Part shown: positions 14,752 to 29,322 of the stretch, one piece after another | Numbering within the stretch: position 1 is the first letter of the stretch | Layout: every line of letters starts with the position of its first letter | Assembly: GCF_006345805.1 (NCBI RefSeq) | Contig: NW_021837031.1 | Location: forward strand, 2,219 to 66,218 | DNA length: 64,000 nt | Source: Octopus sinensis | Lineage: Eukaryota | Direction of reading: 5' to 3' | Notes under the pieces: generated by a model | Database searches by the model: none | The model's input: the letters and a program-made list of their open reading frames with translations, nothing else | What the model was told of the DNA's origin: nothing | Position numbers and translations under genes: made by a program

Positions 14752-15376
14752 GTATATAAATAGATAGATAGATAGATAGGTAGATAGATAAGTTTCTTTA
14801 TTGGCCACACAGGGCTGCACACAGATGGGACAAGTTACAAGGTAGAGCTTTTCTTTTGGGGGATGAAAAAAACAAAAAACTAAAAAAAAAAGGGGGGTGG
14901 CGTAGGTTTTCGATCAAGAGGGATCGTAAAAGGGAAGAAAAGAACAAAAAACAAACAAAAAAGAAATAGATAGATATACATATGTGTATGTGTATGTGTG
15001 CGTGTGTTATATCTTTTGGCACGAATAGATTTACGCAGGGAGCCATGAAAAAGGGTGCAGTACGTTAGCTTATAATGTTAGTATTACAATTTCACCCTTT
15101 ATACATGCAAGTCTAATATATATTTATATTCATTCTGAAATGGGGAAATTAATATTTAATATTGATATGATGCAAGACCTCATTACGAAGGCATAACATG
15201 GTTCAGATATAATGTGCTTTTTTTATATCTGGTAACAGAATTTCTTAGCTAACAATAAAATGGAAATAACTTTTCTGAATCTCCATTCATGCACACAACC
15301 AGACATATACACTTAGATAGATGCATATACATACATTTATTAATAATCACTCACTCTCTCTTTCTCTCACTCCCTT

Positions 15377-15407
<31 letters not shown>

Positions 15408-15534
15408 AACATACACACAGATAAATAGATAGGTAGGTAGGTAGGTAGATAAATAGATAGATACATACATACATACATACATACATACATACATACATAC
15501 ATACATACATACATACATACATACATACATACAT

Positions 15535-15949
15535 AGGCGCAGGAGTGGCTGTGTGGTAAGTAGCTTGCTAACCAACCACATGGTTCCGGGTTCAGTCCCA
15601 CTGCGTGGCCTCTCGGGCAAGTGTCTTCTGCTATAGCCCCGGGCCGACCAATGCCTTGTGAGTGGATTTGGTAGACGGAAACTGAAAGAAGCCTGTCGTA
15701 TATATGTATATATATATATATATAAGTATGTGTGTATATGTCTGTGTGTCTGTGTTTGTTCCCCTAGCATTGCTTGACAACCGATGCTGGTGTGTTTACG
15801 TCCCCGTCACTTAGCGGTTCGGCAAAACAGACCGATAGAATAAGTACTGGGCTTATAAAGAATAAGTCCCGGGATCGATTTGCTCGACTAAAGGCGGTGC
15901 TCCAGCATGGCCGCAGTCAAATGACTGAAACAAGTAAAAGAGTAAAAGA
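15535..15949 (+). mobile_element. SINE family B, full length
   Basis: Near-identical to the copies at 10807, 34544, 56273 and 59951; embedded in (CATA)n. Confidence 0.95.
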
Positions 15950-16084
15950 CATACATACATACATATGCCTCTGTGTGTGTGTGCATGCGTATTGATACGT
16001 ACTGACTTCCATGGAGCTTCAAAGCTGACTGCTAAGATGGCAGTTTTAACGGGGAATTTTGAAGTAAATATTCTCTATTAATAC

Positions 16085-16296
16085 TGTTTTCAAATTTTGG
16101 CACAAGGCCAGCCATTTCGCAAGAGCAGCTACGTCGATTAAATCGACCCGAATGCTCAAGTAGTACTTATTTTATCGACCTCGAAACGATCAAAGGGAAA
16201 GTCGACATCTGAAGAATTTGAACTCAGAACATATTGACAGATGAAATACCGGTAAGCATTTCGAGCGGGGTGCTAATGATTCTGCCATCTCACCGC
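16085..16296 (-). mobile_element. SINE family A, diverged
   Basis: aaagtcgac..gaatttgaactcagaac..gaaatacc..taagcatttc motifs. Confidence 0.8.
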
Positions 16297-16631
16297 TCTA
16301 TTTTTATCGTGAGCGCGTAAAGGAAAGTTGGGCATGGTAGCTGCTTTTTTTATTTTGTTTTTGGTTGTTTGTCTGTGTGTTTGCAAAATTATTGGAGAAC
16401 CGCTGGACGAATTCTCACCAAATTTGCCAGAAATATTCATTGAGTGCGTGGCTCGAACTCATTAAATTTTGGTTTGGTGAATCAATTTTTTTATTTTGTT
16501 ACATATGCATAAACAATAAGTAGGGGAAAGAACACTTAACGTCATTTTGTTGAAATATGAATTTGTCTGATATCATTAAATTAAATTTTATTTTATCCTT
16601 GTATGCATAAATAATTAACACTAATCGTAAT

Positions 16632-16845
16632 TAGGATGGCGAGATGCCAGAATCGTTAGCACCCCGGTCGAAATACTTAGCGGCACTTTGCTCGTCTTAA
16701 TGTTCTGAGTTCAAATTCAGCAGAGGTCGACTTTACCTTTCATCTCTTCAGGAGCCGACTACATGAATAGCATTTCAGTTCTGGCGTCGATGTAATCGAC
16801 TAGTACCCTCCCGGTTAACTTCCTAGACTTGTGCCAAAATTTCAA
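16632..16845 (+). mobile_element. SINE family A, diverged
   Basis: ggcgag..cagaatcgttagcac...gttctgagttcaaattc...gaggtcgacttt. Confidence 0.8.
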
Positions 16846-17310
16846 AAACATGTTAAGTATTATTTCGATTCTACGAATAAGTTTTTGCATCTCCCATTCA
16901 CTGTATTTTATTTGTTCAAGTTTATCTGTTTAAACAAGTATATTCATGTGTGGTTCTCTGAGTGTGTGTATGTGAGTATGTATGTGTGTATGAGACTGTG
17001 TGTGTTTGCATGTATTTGTATAAGTGGTATGTATATCACAAATGAAAATGAATGGACAACGACATCCATCTTCATTTGATGTATTTCTTCACCGCGTGCG
17101 ATGTGTAGCTAATGTTGCTACAGAGACTAGAGTCGCGGAATAACAAATATCATTAAAGAATTGTGATTACGTTAATTAATTTCGTGAGTGAATGATAAAA
17201 TGAGACTAGTAATTTGATATTATTCCCGCAGTGTACACAGCTAACCAATTACATGCTGGACATTACAGAGCTAATATCCACGACCCACATGATACAAACC
17301 CACTCATTTC

Positions 17311-17389
<79 letters not shown>

Positions 17390-17968
17390 TGGATAGATAC
17401 ATACATACATAGATACAAATATGTCTGTGTGGGTTGGTGTTGGGAACATATATATATATAAGCACATATGTTCCCATATATATACAACATATATATGTAC
17501 TCATATGTGTATATTTATATATATGTAAATATATATATACACCCACACATATACATACAGACATACATACGTATATTGTACATATATATATATATATAAC
17601 TTTATATTTTAGCGTTGTACAAAACCAACCGAGCAGAAGCTTTGCTAAAATATCCTACAAAACGTAGACTGTACATTATTTTCAATCATTAAACAATGAA
17701 AATAACAATTACAAACAAAATAAAGTTGATGTGAAATGAATAAATTTAAATAAATGAATGACTAATTATCAATAAAAATGGCCTCCTTCTGCAAGTCCGA
17801 ACATGAAAAGCAACAAGACAAAAGAAACTATAATTTTAAAATCTTTCGCTTCTTTTCCGAGGACATCTTATTATTATGTTGTCTTAGCTCATGTTTGGAG
17901 TGTTTTAATCTCTCACTCTCTCATTTTACTGTTTATATTTATCTCTCTGTCTATCTCTTTCTGTGTAA

Positions 17969-18016
<48 letters not shown>

Positions 18017-18177
18017 ATTATGCACACAAATATATATGTGCGTGCGTTCGTGTGTAAGTGTAGGTGTGTGAGTGTGTGTATATAATATTATATATTTTAA
18101 GACAGACACACATATATAGATATACATATACAAATATATGTATGTAGATATATATATATATATATGTGTGTGTGTAT

Positions 18178-18219
<42 letters not shown>

Positions 18220-18692
18220 GTATATATATACATATATATATGTTTATGTGTGTGTGCGTGTATAATATCTATGTGTGCGTTTATGTATATATATATGTGT
18301 GTGTGTGTGAGTGTATTTGTCTATATACGCACATATTTATACATATACTAGCATACATGTACACACACACACTAAAATATGTATTCCCGGATAGATGTAT
18401 ACATGTACATATATGTATGAACATATATAGCTATAGAAGATCATTGCTGAAGTTGTGGAAATGCCTCAATAATCATTTAGAAATCAGAGTAGATCTATCG
18501 AACCAACTCTAATTTAACTTCACAATATATTGGGAACGTCTCTCTTTTATACTGTATTTACACCAGAATATGAAGATTTAAAAATCTTCCGTTGATGTTA
18601 TTGCTGTTGTTTAGCTCAAGCCGGTTTTGATCCAATAACATTCTGATAGAGGCTATTTCAGATTTGTCTATCCCGTATATTCATCTATTATT

Positions 18693-19090
18693 CTTTTCTA
18701 CTCTAGGCACAAGGCCCGAAATTTCTTGGGAAGGAGCCAGTCGATTAGATCGATCCACGTACACAACTGGTACTTAATTTATCGACCCCGAGAGGATGAA
18801 AGGCAAAGTCGACCTCGGCGGAATTTAAACTCAGAACGTAACCGCAGACGAAATACCTATTTCTTTATTACCCACAAGGGGCTAAACACAGAGGGGACAA
18901 ACAAGGACAGACATAGGTATTAAGTCGATTACATCGACCCCAGTGCGTAACTGGTACTTAATTTATCGATCCCGAAAGGATGAAAGGCAAAGTCGACCTC
19001 GGCGGAATTTGAACTCACAACGTAACGCAGACGAAATACCGCTAAGCATTTCGCCCGGCGTGCTAACGTTTCTGCCAGCTCGCCGCCTTA
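18693..19090 (-). mobile_element. SINE family A dimer with 15-17 bp target-site duplication
   Basis: tatattcatctattatt at 18676-18692 and 19089-19105 flanks an intact dimer. Confidence 0.95.
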
Positions 19091-19640
19091 TATTCATCTA
19101 TTATTAGCAACAATATCAAACGTGACTTTGCGGCGTCATTTTAAAGCATTTTTAAAACCATTTTCTAAAATCTAAACCTCTGATTACTAATTAATTCTGG
19201 TGGACCCCTATAGCATTTAGATGTTTAAAAACTAGATGTATAGAATGTTATTTATTAATGTTTTCATCCATTATTTGTGTTAGTTGAACTATGTAAAATA
19301 TTACGTTAAGAAATCTAAATGTTCGTTGCAATATATACCAATACATACATCTAAATCAAAATCTTTTCAGGCGCTATTAAAATACACCCCGAAATCTTAT
19401 AAGGACCATCAGGGATCATATGGACCTCAGATGAGAAACACTGATTTAATGTGTTGAAGGTAGAATTTGAAATAGATTGAATCCACTTCCTACCAATCAT
19501 CCTGAGATCGTTTCTGGGTCTATGATCTAAGTTCCCTGTTTGAAAACTATATATATATATATGCATTACGTATGCTTACTTACACACATATATGCACACA
19601 CTGAGAAACGCGCACACACATACACATGCATATATATATA

Positions 19641-19680
<40 letters not shown>

Positions 19681-19816
19681 ACCTGACACATAGTACTAAA
19701 CTAAATGACTCATCTTTCACTTTAATATGAAAATGTTTTTATAACTTTATCATTCTTCGTGGCTTTTGTAATAACTTATAAAATACGTAAATGTGAATGC
19801 ATATGTATATCATAAG

Positions 19817-19893
<77 letters not shown>

Positions 19894-20326
19894 TGTATAC
19901 ATAACTAGCACTGTGCTGTCTGTGTGTCAGCGAACGCTTGGTTATCACTTATTCATTTCTAATAATTACATTGCATAACTTATCAACCAATTCTCACCGG
20001 CGTATTTCTTTTAAATCTGACCTGTCAATATATCTTCAGAATGTTGGCTACAAATGGAAATCAGGTGTTTTTGTCTCACGTGAGGAAAATTTCTCTTTCA
20101 TAACAAGATCTTGTGATCTGAAGTTTCCCAACGGGAATTTTTTAAAATGTCTGCACTTGTTGAAAATATTGGATCTGATACTAACATTTATTATTATGGC
20201 TTGAGATATCCCGTAATGGAGATGGGTTTTCTCATCTATGTTGCAATTTCATCGGGTACTATCATTTACAACAATTGCAACATTATAAAATAAGGAAATA
20301 ATAATAATAATATTATCATTATTATT

Positions 20327-20363
<37 letters not shown>

Positions 20364-20559
20364 TTATTTGAGACAGAGAATGGTTTAGAGCACTGAAGGC
20401 TGTATATAGTAAACTTTAGGTGAAACAAACAACAGTGCCTAATAATCGACATGGCAGTGCCAGGAGATCAAAATATTATCACAACAGAAAGAGAAAGAAT
20501 TGATAAATATGGTGACTTGCGAACTCAGATTTCCAAGATGTGGCAGCATTCTGAGTCAA

Positions 20560-21000
20560 ACATAAAACACTAAAACTCATTCTCACTGGAGCAGCAATGC
20601 CCATAGAAACCTCCAACCCAACTATCACAAAATTAGCGGCACATGCCCTTACCTAATTGAGGGACCAGTATTTAAATTCAAAGATGGCCAAACCTTCAAG
20701 GTTAAATCCAGTTTCACCAGCAATACGGAAAACCTATCACATGCAATGGCTGCCAACATAATTACATAGGTCAGACGGGCACCTCATGACGCAACAGAAT
20801 GATAACCCATCGTCAACAGATCCGAGACAAAACCGCAAGGAAAATTACTTTAAGCAGTCACATTGCAACCTATGCAGGAATTGACTTATCAAATTTTAAA
20901 ATATTTCCCCTCTACAAGTGCTCAGATTCTTTCAACCAACAACAAAGACTAAATGAATAAAGGCAATTTATTTACAGGTGTAAGCCATCATTAATCTAGA
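20560..21000 (+). mobile_element. Penelope-like element remnant: GIY-YIG endonuclease domain (pseudogenised)
   Basis: Translates, with stops and shifts, to GTCPYLIEGPVFKFKDGQTFKVKSSFT..ITCNGCQHNYIGQTGTS*RNRMITHRQQIRD..LSSHI..NFKIFPLYKC..QRLNE*RQFI. The CxxC-YIGQT and R..H motifs are typical of PLE GIY-YIG domains. Confidence 0.88.
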
Positions 21001-22161
21001 CCCAACCTCTACCAACCAATAAATAAGTACAGACGATTAAAAAACAATTTTATATATATTATCGTTCTCAAAAATACTTGCCATCAATGCTTAAATCTGC
21101 TTTCCAATATATATATATACATACACACACACACATACATATATATATATGCCTGTAAACACACACATACACACACATATATACACAAAAAAGGCATTAA
21201 AAACATACACACAGAGAAACATATACATATGCACTCACAGACACACATACACACTCACATACAGGTGGACATAAATCCCATTCAATAAATGCTTTAAAGA
21301 TACTCTCTTGGCGGAAACTCACAAAGTATTCTTTTAGACAATAGACAACTACACCTCCCTCCCTTGCTCTCTAACACCTTGGGCTTTATACCAAACTATA
21401 TATAACAAAATCTTCAATGAAAAACATTCAGACATGTTTTTGACCCCTAGACAGAAAATAAACTGTTTTTACTTCAATTTAAAAAAAACTTTTTATTGAT
21501 ATTTTATACGATGAGATTCATCATCGAAACCGGTAATATTTTGTTAATATAATTTTAAAATCGCTTTATTAAATTCCTTCTTAACTCAAAATAACTTAGA
21601 TTTACTTCTGTGCTATTTCCACCTCCATCTTTTACATATAAAAATTTGATTAGTATAGATCTCTAATCTTTTTTCAACTATACATATATATATATATATG
21701 AAGCTGACATATTAGCTACACCATATTATAAATTTCATTACACACGCTATACAATAGCAGCATTACTCTAGTTATATTCATATTAAACGGTTTTTCACTC
21801 GCACAATGAAAGGCAAGGTCATTAAAAGACACTATAAAGCTGATAAAATAAAGCTCATACACTCACTCACATACATACACGGACATCTACATGCACACAG
21901 GAGCCTACACATACATATATGTATATAGAGAGATGTATATATGTCTGTGTACGTATATGTGAGTGTAGCCGTGAATATACATGTATAAATGTGTTTGTAT
22001 AGATATCCATATCAAAATACATATAATAAACATGTATATAATCACATGTTAACTAAATAGAATTGACAATTACAGCGTAACACGTTTGTCAAAATGTCGA
22101 ACTTCATCTGAGGTATGTGCATTATGTAAGCTGATTACCATGAATTATGTGGTTACACCTC

Positions 22162-22433
22162 AGGCACCACTGAGTCGCTAGCTATGTTGTACTCACGATT
22201 GTCTGATCTGGGTTCGATTTCCAGAAAGGCTCTGCCTTGAGTTCTTAAGCAAAATACTTCGTTCTCTGTGACTCCAGGCCATTCAATTGTAAATGGATAT
22301 CGGTGGTAAGGACTAGCCTCGCGATCAAGGCGACTTTTGGCCTGGTCGCCTCGCCAGCGAAGTGGCACCATTGGAAAGCCTAAACAGCGATGTACAACCA
22401 AAACAGATAGTCTGGTCGATGACGATCACGTGA
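22162..22433 (+). mobile_element. tRNA-headed SINE (group C), diverged, with RTE-like tail
   Basis: gggttcgatttccaga B box; tail cagcgatgt...gatagtctggtcg like 37700-37745. Confidence 0.65.
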
Positions 22434-22479
22434 CTTATACCGTTCCGAACAATGATCCGTTATAGAGATATATATATGC

Positions 22480-22665
22480 CATGTTTGACCGCTAAATCTA
22501 CAGTTTTTTTAATTCTCTCTTTCTATTTATTTTCTCTTACTCCTTTCTGTTGAAGAGCTTAGGTCCGAAACGTAAAAGACTTTTTCATTTTCCCGAACGT
22601 CAAACTAATACGCATGCTTGTTGTTCATACACCTTTCTTCGTCTTTTTTTCTATAAATTTCACCT
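22480..22665 (+). mobile_element. Short repeat with minimal hammerhead-like motif
   Basis: Similar to 51810-51970; contains ctttctgttgaagagcttaggtccgaaacgtaaaag. Confidence 0.7.
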
Positions 22666-22682
22666 GTACACACACACACATT

Positions 22683-22723
<41 letters not shown>

Positions 22724-22727
22724 ATGT

Positions 22728-22829
<102 letters not shown>

Positions 22830-22833
22830 TATA

Positions 22834-22903
<70 letters not shown>

Positions 22904-23554
22904 ATGTATACCAATGTTCGTGTGTAAATGTGAATGCCTGTACACAAGCAGCGTGGGACACGCATACGTATAATCGTAAATACAAAGACAGCTATTAAAT
23001 GTTTTATTTACAAATAAATATATACTTCTGTATATTTTTCTCAATACTTAATGAGTTCATGTGTGTAATACTTCACAACAAATATATAAATGGAGTTTAA
23101 ACATATGCACACATACATATGTGTGTGTGTGTGTGTATGTATGTATATGTATATATTGGAAAGTAGATTTAAGCATTGATGGGAAGTATTTTTCAGAACG
23201 TTAATATATATAAAATTGTTTTTTACCGTACAGGTAACAACCAGACATAGGCATGCGTACCCTTAACGTAGTTTAAAGTTAGGATGTAACATAGGACGTG
23301 ACAAGCCTGGCCCTTTAAATTACAGGTACTACATAAAAAAGGTGAGTGAACTGGGGCAAAAAAACTTCTTGTGAAAAAAACTTCTTGTGTAAGGACACAA
23401 CACACCTACTGGAATCGATCTTACGACCCCACGATTATGAACCGAATACCCAAACTACAAAGATATGCGGTTCTACATGTATGTGTGTGTGTGTATATAT
23501 ATATATGTGTGTGTATATGTGTGTGTGTGTATGTGTGTGTGTGCGAAGTGCATT

Positions 23555-23945
23555 TCTTTATCCTTTTACTTATTTCAGTTATTCGTCAGCGGCCATGCTG
23601 GAGCACCGCCTTTAGTCGAACTAATCGTCCCCAGGGCTTATTCTTTGTAAGCCTAGTACTTATTCTATCGGTCCCTTTGGCCGAACTGCGAAGTTATGGG
23701 GACGTAAGTACACCAACATGGTGTGGCACAAACACAGACACACAAATACACACACATACACTCACATACACACATATATGTATACGACGGGCTTCTTTCT
23801 GTTTCCATCTACCAAATCCACTCACAAGGCTTTGGCCAGCCCGAGGCTAAAGTAGATGACACTTGCCCAGGGTGCCACGCAGTGGGACTGAACACGGCAA
23901 CAAGTGGTTGGGAAACAAGCTACTTACTACACAGCCACTCCTGCA
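23555..23945 (-). mobile_element. SINE family B
   Basis: gcggccatgctggagcaccgcctttagtcg...ccacgcagtgggactgaac...acacagccactcctgc. Confidence 0.9.
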
Positions 23946-24691
23946 TGTATGCTAAAATGTCGCTGAAGTATCGTTTTTGTTGTTATTGTTGTTATTTTTT
24001 CAGCTTCTTATCGGACCTGATCTAGCAGACCTATGATGGAGCATCATTCATGCCTCGTCAATCGTCACATGAATTATAACCCAACGAAGATATAGTTCAT
24101 AAAAAGAAGTATTACACATCGTGTCCATTCACTTTCTTTTTTGTATAGAATTTGGCTACTGCTTCTAGCGGATGTAATAAAAACAATGCCCCCACCTGGG
24201 ACTTCTCTCTTTAGTTTTGCTGTTTTTTGTGTGGTGTAGCTGTAATTTTTTGCAGTTGTTTCCTGTTTTTTTTAATTCCAGATTAGTACGGATTTACAAA
24301 ATACTATGGTCTCGTTATTCTTTTTTAAACTAGCTTATCGTAGTTTTGATTGTCTTCTAAGTATTATCTTAATGTTTTCTTAAGCCGTAGAAGAAAGCGG
24401 TATAATGATATGAAAGAGATGTATTAATTTACTATAGTTTAATAATATTTTCTTGACAAAGTCCTTTGTAAAGTGTTGTTTCTATTGATGTTGTTGCTGC
24501 TACTATAAGTTTTATTGTAGACGTTTTCCATTTCTACTGTTGTTGACGTTGGTGCGATTGTTGTTCATATCAAATCAAATATAAAACAAAATTCCCCCCC
24601 CCCCAATAAACTACACAGTATGAATTTACTGCGCACCTCTCACAAACATTACACACATAAAACAAAAACAGAATGAAACACAAAGAATGAA

Positions 24692-24693
24692 AT

Positions 24694-24761
<68 letters not shown>

Positions 24762-24870
24762 ATATATATTATATATATATATATATAATATATATATATA
24801 TAATATATACATATATATATATGTCTATATATTTATATACATATATATAAGTATATACATATATATACAT

Positions 24871-24936
<66 letters not shown>
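24692..24936. repeat. (TA)n microsatellite
   Basis: Read directly from the sequence. Confidence 0.95.
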
Positions 24937-24939
<3 letters not shown>

Positions 24940-25279
24940 TATTAAAAAACTTAAGGAGAACATGCGTTGTGAACATTATGAAAAATAAGAGGTAGATAAT
25001 ATTTACATTTTTTATCAAAATATGCTACCAGTTCCAATTGCTTCAGCCCGTTTAATCATGTCATTATAGAGAAGAAAATAAATTAATATAAATTAAATTT
25101 ATATTTCGTTATATATATATTTTTTTTTTTTAAACTTGATATGTTTTACTTAGAATATATTCAAATGGAGCTGATAAAAATGTGAATATTCTCATTCATT
25201 TTATTCATAACAAAAATTCTCAAAGCAATTTCTCCTTTTATCTTTTAATTTTAATTTACTCAATAAAACTTGTTATATC

Positions 25280-25380
<101 letters not shown>

Positions 25381-25442
25381 ATATACATACATACATACAT
25401 ATATATATAGACATGCACATATATATATATGCATATATATAC

Positions 25443-25475
<33 letters not shown>

Positions 25476-25603
25476 TGTATATATATATATACATAAATTC
25501 ACGATTGTGGATATATAAGTATGAAGAAAATCATGAACCAATCAATGCTGTCCATAACCTTGCAGAATATATCCGTGCTGTGCGTGATATACGGAATACT
25601 GAC

Positions 25604-25711
25604 CGCCTCGATCTCCTTTGGGACCACGTTCACCCGTTTCGCCTTTCGATCCTTTTTCTCCCTTTTGGCCCGGATATCCTGGCTGGCCTCGAGGTCCAGT
25701 GAGACCATAGC
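25604..25711 (-). CDS. Internal exon (108 bp, phase 1-1) of a collagen-domain gene: (G)[35 protein letters not shown]
   Basis: Minus strand reads ctatctactcag|GC TAT GGT CTC ACT GGA CCT CGA GGC CAG CCA GGA...GGA GAT CGA GGC G|gtcagt. This gives 11 perfect Gly-X-Y triplets, AG/GT boundaries and a pyrimidine-rich upstream tract; the length is a multiple of 9. The track ORF 25499..25753 is the same DNA in the wrong frame. Confidence 0.93.
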
Positions 25712-26049
25712 CTGAGTAGATAGTTGGTCAGTTCGTACGCGGTGGTGGTTCAAAGCAGGTGGAGAAATTGGAGAGAGTGACGAAAAAAAAAAGCGGGAAG
25801 AGAAGAAAGAGAAAACATGCGTTTGTTAGTAAGTTAGTAGCAATGGAAAGAATATTTATATATACATACAAATATTATATACATGCTGTTAATGCAATTC
25901 ACATACATGAATAATTTTTTGATGTAAAGAATCTTTACAATTATTTTACATTAGATTATATATATTTATACATACATACATACACACACATACACAAACA
26001 CACACACAAGCATATATATATATATACACCAGCTCAAATATTTTATCCT

Positions 26050-26235
26050 CTGTCTTCCCTCCTTGGGATCTTTCCTTCTCCTTGTTTCCGACGAAGAGCT
26101 CCGCTCGAAACGTTAAAAACCCTCCTTCCCTTCTTTCCTGAGCGTCAATAATACTTTAATTGTTCCACGTCCTGCGTTGCTGTGTTTTTCTCTTTTTTTC
26201 TCTTTTTTTCTGTGTTTTCTTGTTTGGATTAACTA
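26050..26235 (+). mobile_element. Short repeat with minimal hammerhead-like motif
   Basis: ccgacgaa-gagc-tcc-gctc-gaaacgtt; homologous to 1605-1790. Confidence 0.72.
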
Positions 26236-27057
26236 TATATATATATATATATATATATGTTTGTGTGTCTGTGTATAATGATACATATACATATACATAT
26301 AAACATGCTGTTAATAAATTATACCCACACAGGGACTTTAAAATATACGAAAATTATTTTAAACAATTGTAGAACTTTATTAAGATATGCAAGGCCGGGA
26401 CATTCAAAGGTAAATACTTGCCAATTCAAAGGTAGAATGATATATTACCTTGGACTAATTGACGTTTAACTGGGTGGGGGTTTTTCCCCAGATAATTTGG
26501 TCATTGAATGAATTTTCTCTAAAGAGATATATTAAAGAAAATCGTTTTGATTTGCCCCAGATGCAATTCCCTGTCTGGACACATTCTTGCACTTTTGTAT
26601 AAGTCTTCCTAAGTTTCCAGACGTATCTATATTTTTGTTAATCGGTTGGACTTAATTATAGAAATATTTAATCGTTATTATTAAAAGATCAAATAAATGC
26701 GTATGTGCGGAGGCTTTCTTAAAGAGGCGCAACAATTAAATATATGCCAAATAAAAACCAATGAAGAAATATTGTTATATTTTTAAGAGATGTTATAAAC
26801 CATGATGACCGCTTCTCTTTTCATTACCAAAGTTGCAACTAATGATTAATTATACGACAGACGAATCACCTGCCGTTGTCAAATATTTAAGTCACTTGTT
26901 TGACGTTTGCACGTTTTGGGAAAGTATTTATTATTATTGAATCATGTTCACTTATAGACGATACATACGTGTACATAAAGAGCAGCTGTTAATGTCACGA
27001 GTAGACAGAATGTAAATAAAACTGGTACAATCTAAGGCCTATATCAGCCATTCTATA

Positions 27058-27945
27058 TATTGGGTCGTACCATAAATAATGCAGTATTTATTATTCTTTT
27101 ATTCTTCAAAGCTGAGATAAACAAAGTTGTTTTTTTTTTAATCTAAAATATACTCTCCTTCATTTTCTACAATGCTCCTCCATTTATCTAGTAGACTTAG
27201 AAGACCTCTCTTCCAAAATTCAGTTGTCCGTGACGAAAATTACTTCTCCAGAACTGTTCTGACCTCGAGAAAAGAGTTGATATTTTTTCCGTCCAAATGA
27301 CTCTGAAGACTGCGGAATAAATGATAATCAAATGGGGCGATGTCCGGTGAAATTGGTGGTTGGGGCATCATTTCCTATTCAAATTGCTCCAGCCTTTGGA
27401 ATGTCATCCTCACTGTATGTGGCCGAGTATTATCCTGAAGAACAATTTTCATCTTGAAGCCAACGATGGTCGTTTTTCTTCTAGCATAGGTGTCGATGAA
27501 TGGTTGCACGACCAAATCCAAGCTTCTCTGCTAGTTCCGCAACAGTTACAATGGGATTTTGTTCGACCAGGGTTTGCAGGACGTCCTCGTTGAGCTCTAC
27601 ATATCTTCCAGGACGAGGTTCGCCTTCTAGGCTGTAGTTTGCGGCTCGGAATTTCTGGAACCACCGTTGAAATTGGTTTATACTTACTGTCCGATCTCTA
27701 TATACTGTGTTAATATCCCTCGCACTTTCCGTTTCTTTGTTGCCTTTATTGAACTCATAAAGCAAAACATGCCGAATATGCTCCTTTGTCACTTCCATTA
27801 CAGCCTTGAAAAAATACTTTTAAATTGAACTGCACTCTTCAAACCTTGCACTAAGAATAATGACAAAGTAAAATTACTACCTGCTTTTATAGCAAGTTGA
27901 TGCACGTTGTTTATACTTCCCCGCTCCGACTTTTAGTTCATGGAA
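27058..27945 (-). mobile_element. Mariner (Hsmar1/SETMAR-like) DNA transposon, internally deleted
   Basis: ORF 27481-27798 MEVTKEHIRHVLLYEFNKG..RWFQKFR..SLEGEPRPGR is the mariner N-terminal HTH region. Downstream are QDNTRPH and PPISPDIAPFDYHLFRSLQSHLDGK..GEYILD; TIR-like tattgggtcgtaccataaataatgc at 27058. The middle of the transposase is missing. Confidence 0.93.
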
Positions 27946-28652
27946 ACCCTTTATAATTTAGCACAAGACTAGTAAATTTGAGATGAGACGTTTGGTCGAT
28001 AACATCGACTTCAATGCTTGACTTTTACTTTTGTTTTATTGACCACAGAAGCAATGCAAACCAAAGGTGACTTCGGTAAGATTTGAAACCACAACATAAA
28101 GAAACAGCAGGAAGCAATACTGCATGGTAGTTTCCCGACACTCGAACGTTTTTGCCATCGTGTCGCCTTAGCATAGTAAAATAATAACTACTTCAGATAT
28201 TCTGAAACATAACTAACAATCTTATACCTATAACTCTCCTACAAAACGGTAAATTTTCAGTGCTCCCGCTGTTTACAGCGCTAATTTCATTCTCTTATCC
28301 ATTACATCAGTCATTTGTTAATACACGAACGGAGATGCATTTTTGAGGTATAAGTGCCTTTTTTGTAATTTGAATTCAGCCTTCGTTGAAGTATCTTTAC
28401 ATTTTTCCTGGATCTGTAATATCAGTAAGGTTTTAGAGGAAGTTCAATGTAATTCTGTTGCTGATATCCCGTTCCCTATAAATTTCCTTACATCGGGGGC
28501 ATATTAGGAGGTTAGAAATCATTCACTGCATCTATAGCAGGTAACATTCATAAATAATAATTACACATACATTAGCATACATTAATAATTAATACAATCT
28601 GAAAATGAATTAAATATTAAGCAAAAAGAAACGAACAAGATTGAAACGGTTT

Positions 28653-28735
28653 TATGTTAATGAGATGTTAGTATGGTGTTAACATATGTTAATGAGATGT
28701 TAGTATGGTGTTAACATATGTTAATGAGATGTGGT
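28653..28735. repeat. 32-bp tandem repeat, ~2.5 copies (tatgttaatgagatgttagtatggtgttaaca)
   Basis: Read directly from the sequence. Confidence 0.85.
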
Positions 28736-28984
28736 TGTTAATGGTTAAGGGGTTAGAGGAGGTTGCTTTTAATGCAAATATAAATATGTTAATGGAATAA
28801 CAAATGGAATAATGGAAGAGAAGTCTATAGCTGAGAAAGAAAGAGGAAAATAGGAAGGACAAAAGGCAATACTGAAGAAATCGGAGAGAGAGAGGGAGAG
28901 AGAGAGAGAGAGAGAAACAAAGGGAAAGAAAAGTAGGTTAGAAAAGACAGAGAGAAAAAGGAGATATGGGATGAGCTAAACATC

Positions 28985-29287
28985 GTGCCCTTTGAATGAT
29001 TAGGGCATGCTGTATTTCAAAGGGCCAACCTTGTCACACTCTGTGTCACGCTGAATATCCCCGAGAACTACTTTAATTTTACACGTGTCTGTGGAGTGCT
29101 CAGGGACTTGCACGTTAATAAATGAGTTGCGACATCATTAGTGCCAAGCTGTATCGGAATTTGCCTTTCCCTTGGATGACATCGGTGGGCGACTGCTGGC
29201 CTTCCACAAACAACCTTGCCCGGACTTGTGCCTCGGAAGGTAACTTTCTAGGTGCAATCACATTGTCATTCATGATCTAAGGGGGTC
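28985..29287 (+). mobile_element. SINE group C body fragments
   Basis: aaatgagttgcgacatc...gggcgactgctggccttcca..aaccttgcccggacttgtgcctcgg..ggtaactttctaggtgcaat is shared with 48780-48940. Confidence 0.8.
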
Positions 29288-29322
29288 AAAACACAACAAT
29301 CAATAATTGTTAATCTTCATAC

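Noticed and set aside
17231-17310. HAGHYRANI peptide resembling a USP His-box
   Set aside because: Too short, no donor site, and it runs into (TA)n.
25499-25753. 84-aa minus-strand ORF MNHHRVRT...
   Set aside because: It is an off-frame reading of the collagen exon; the Gly-X-Y frame with splice sites explains the sequence.
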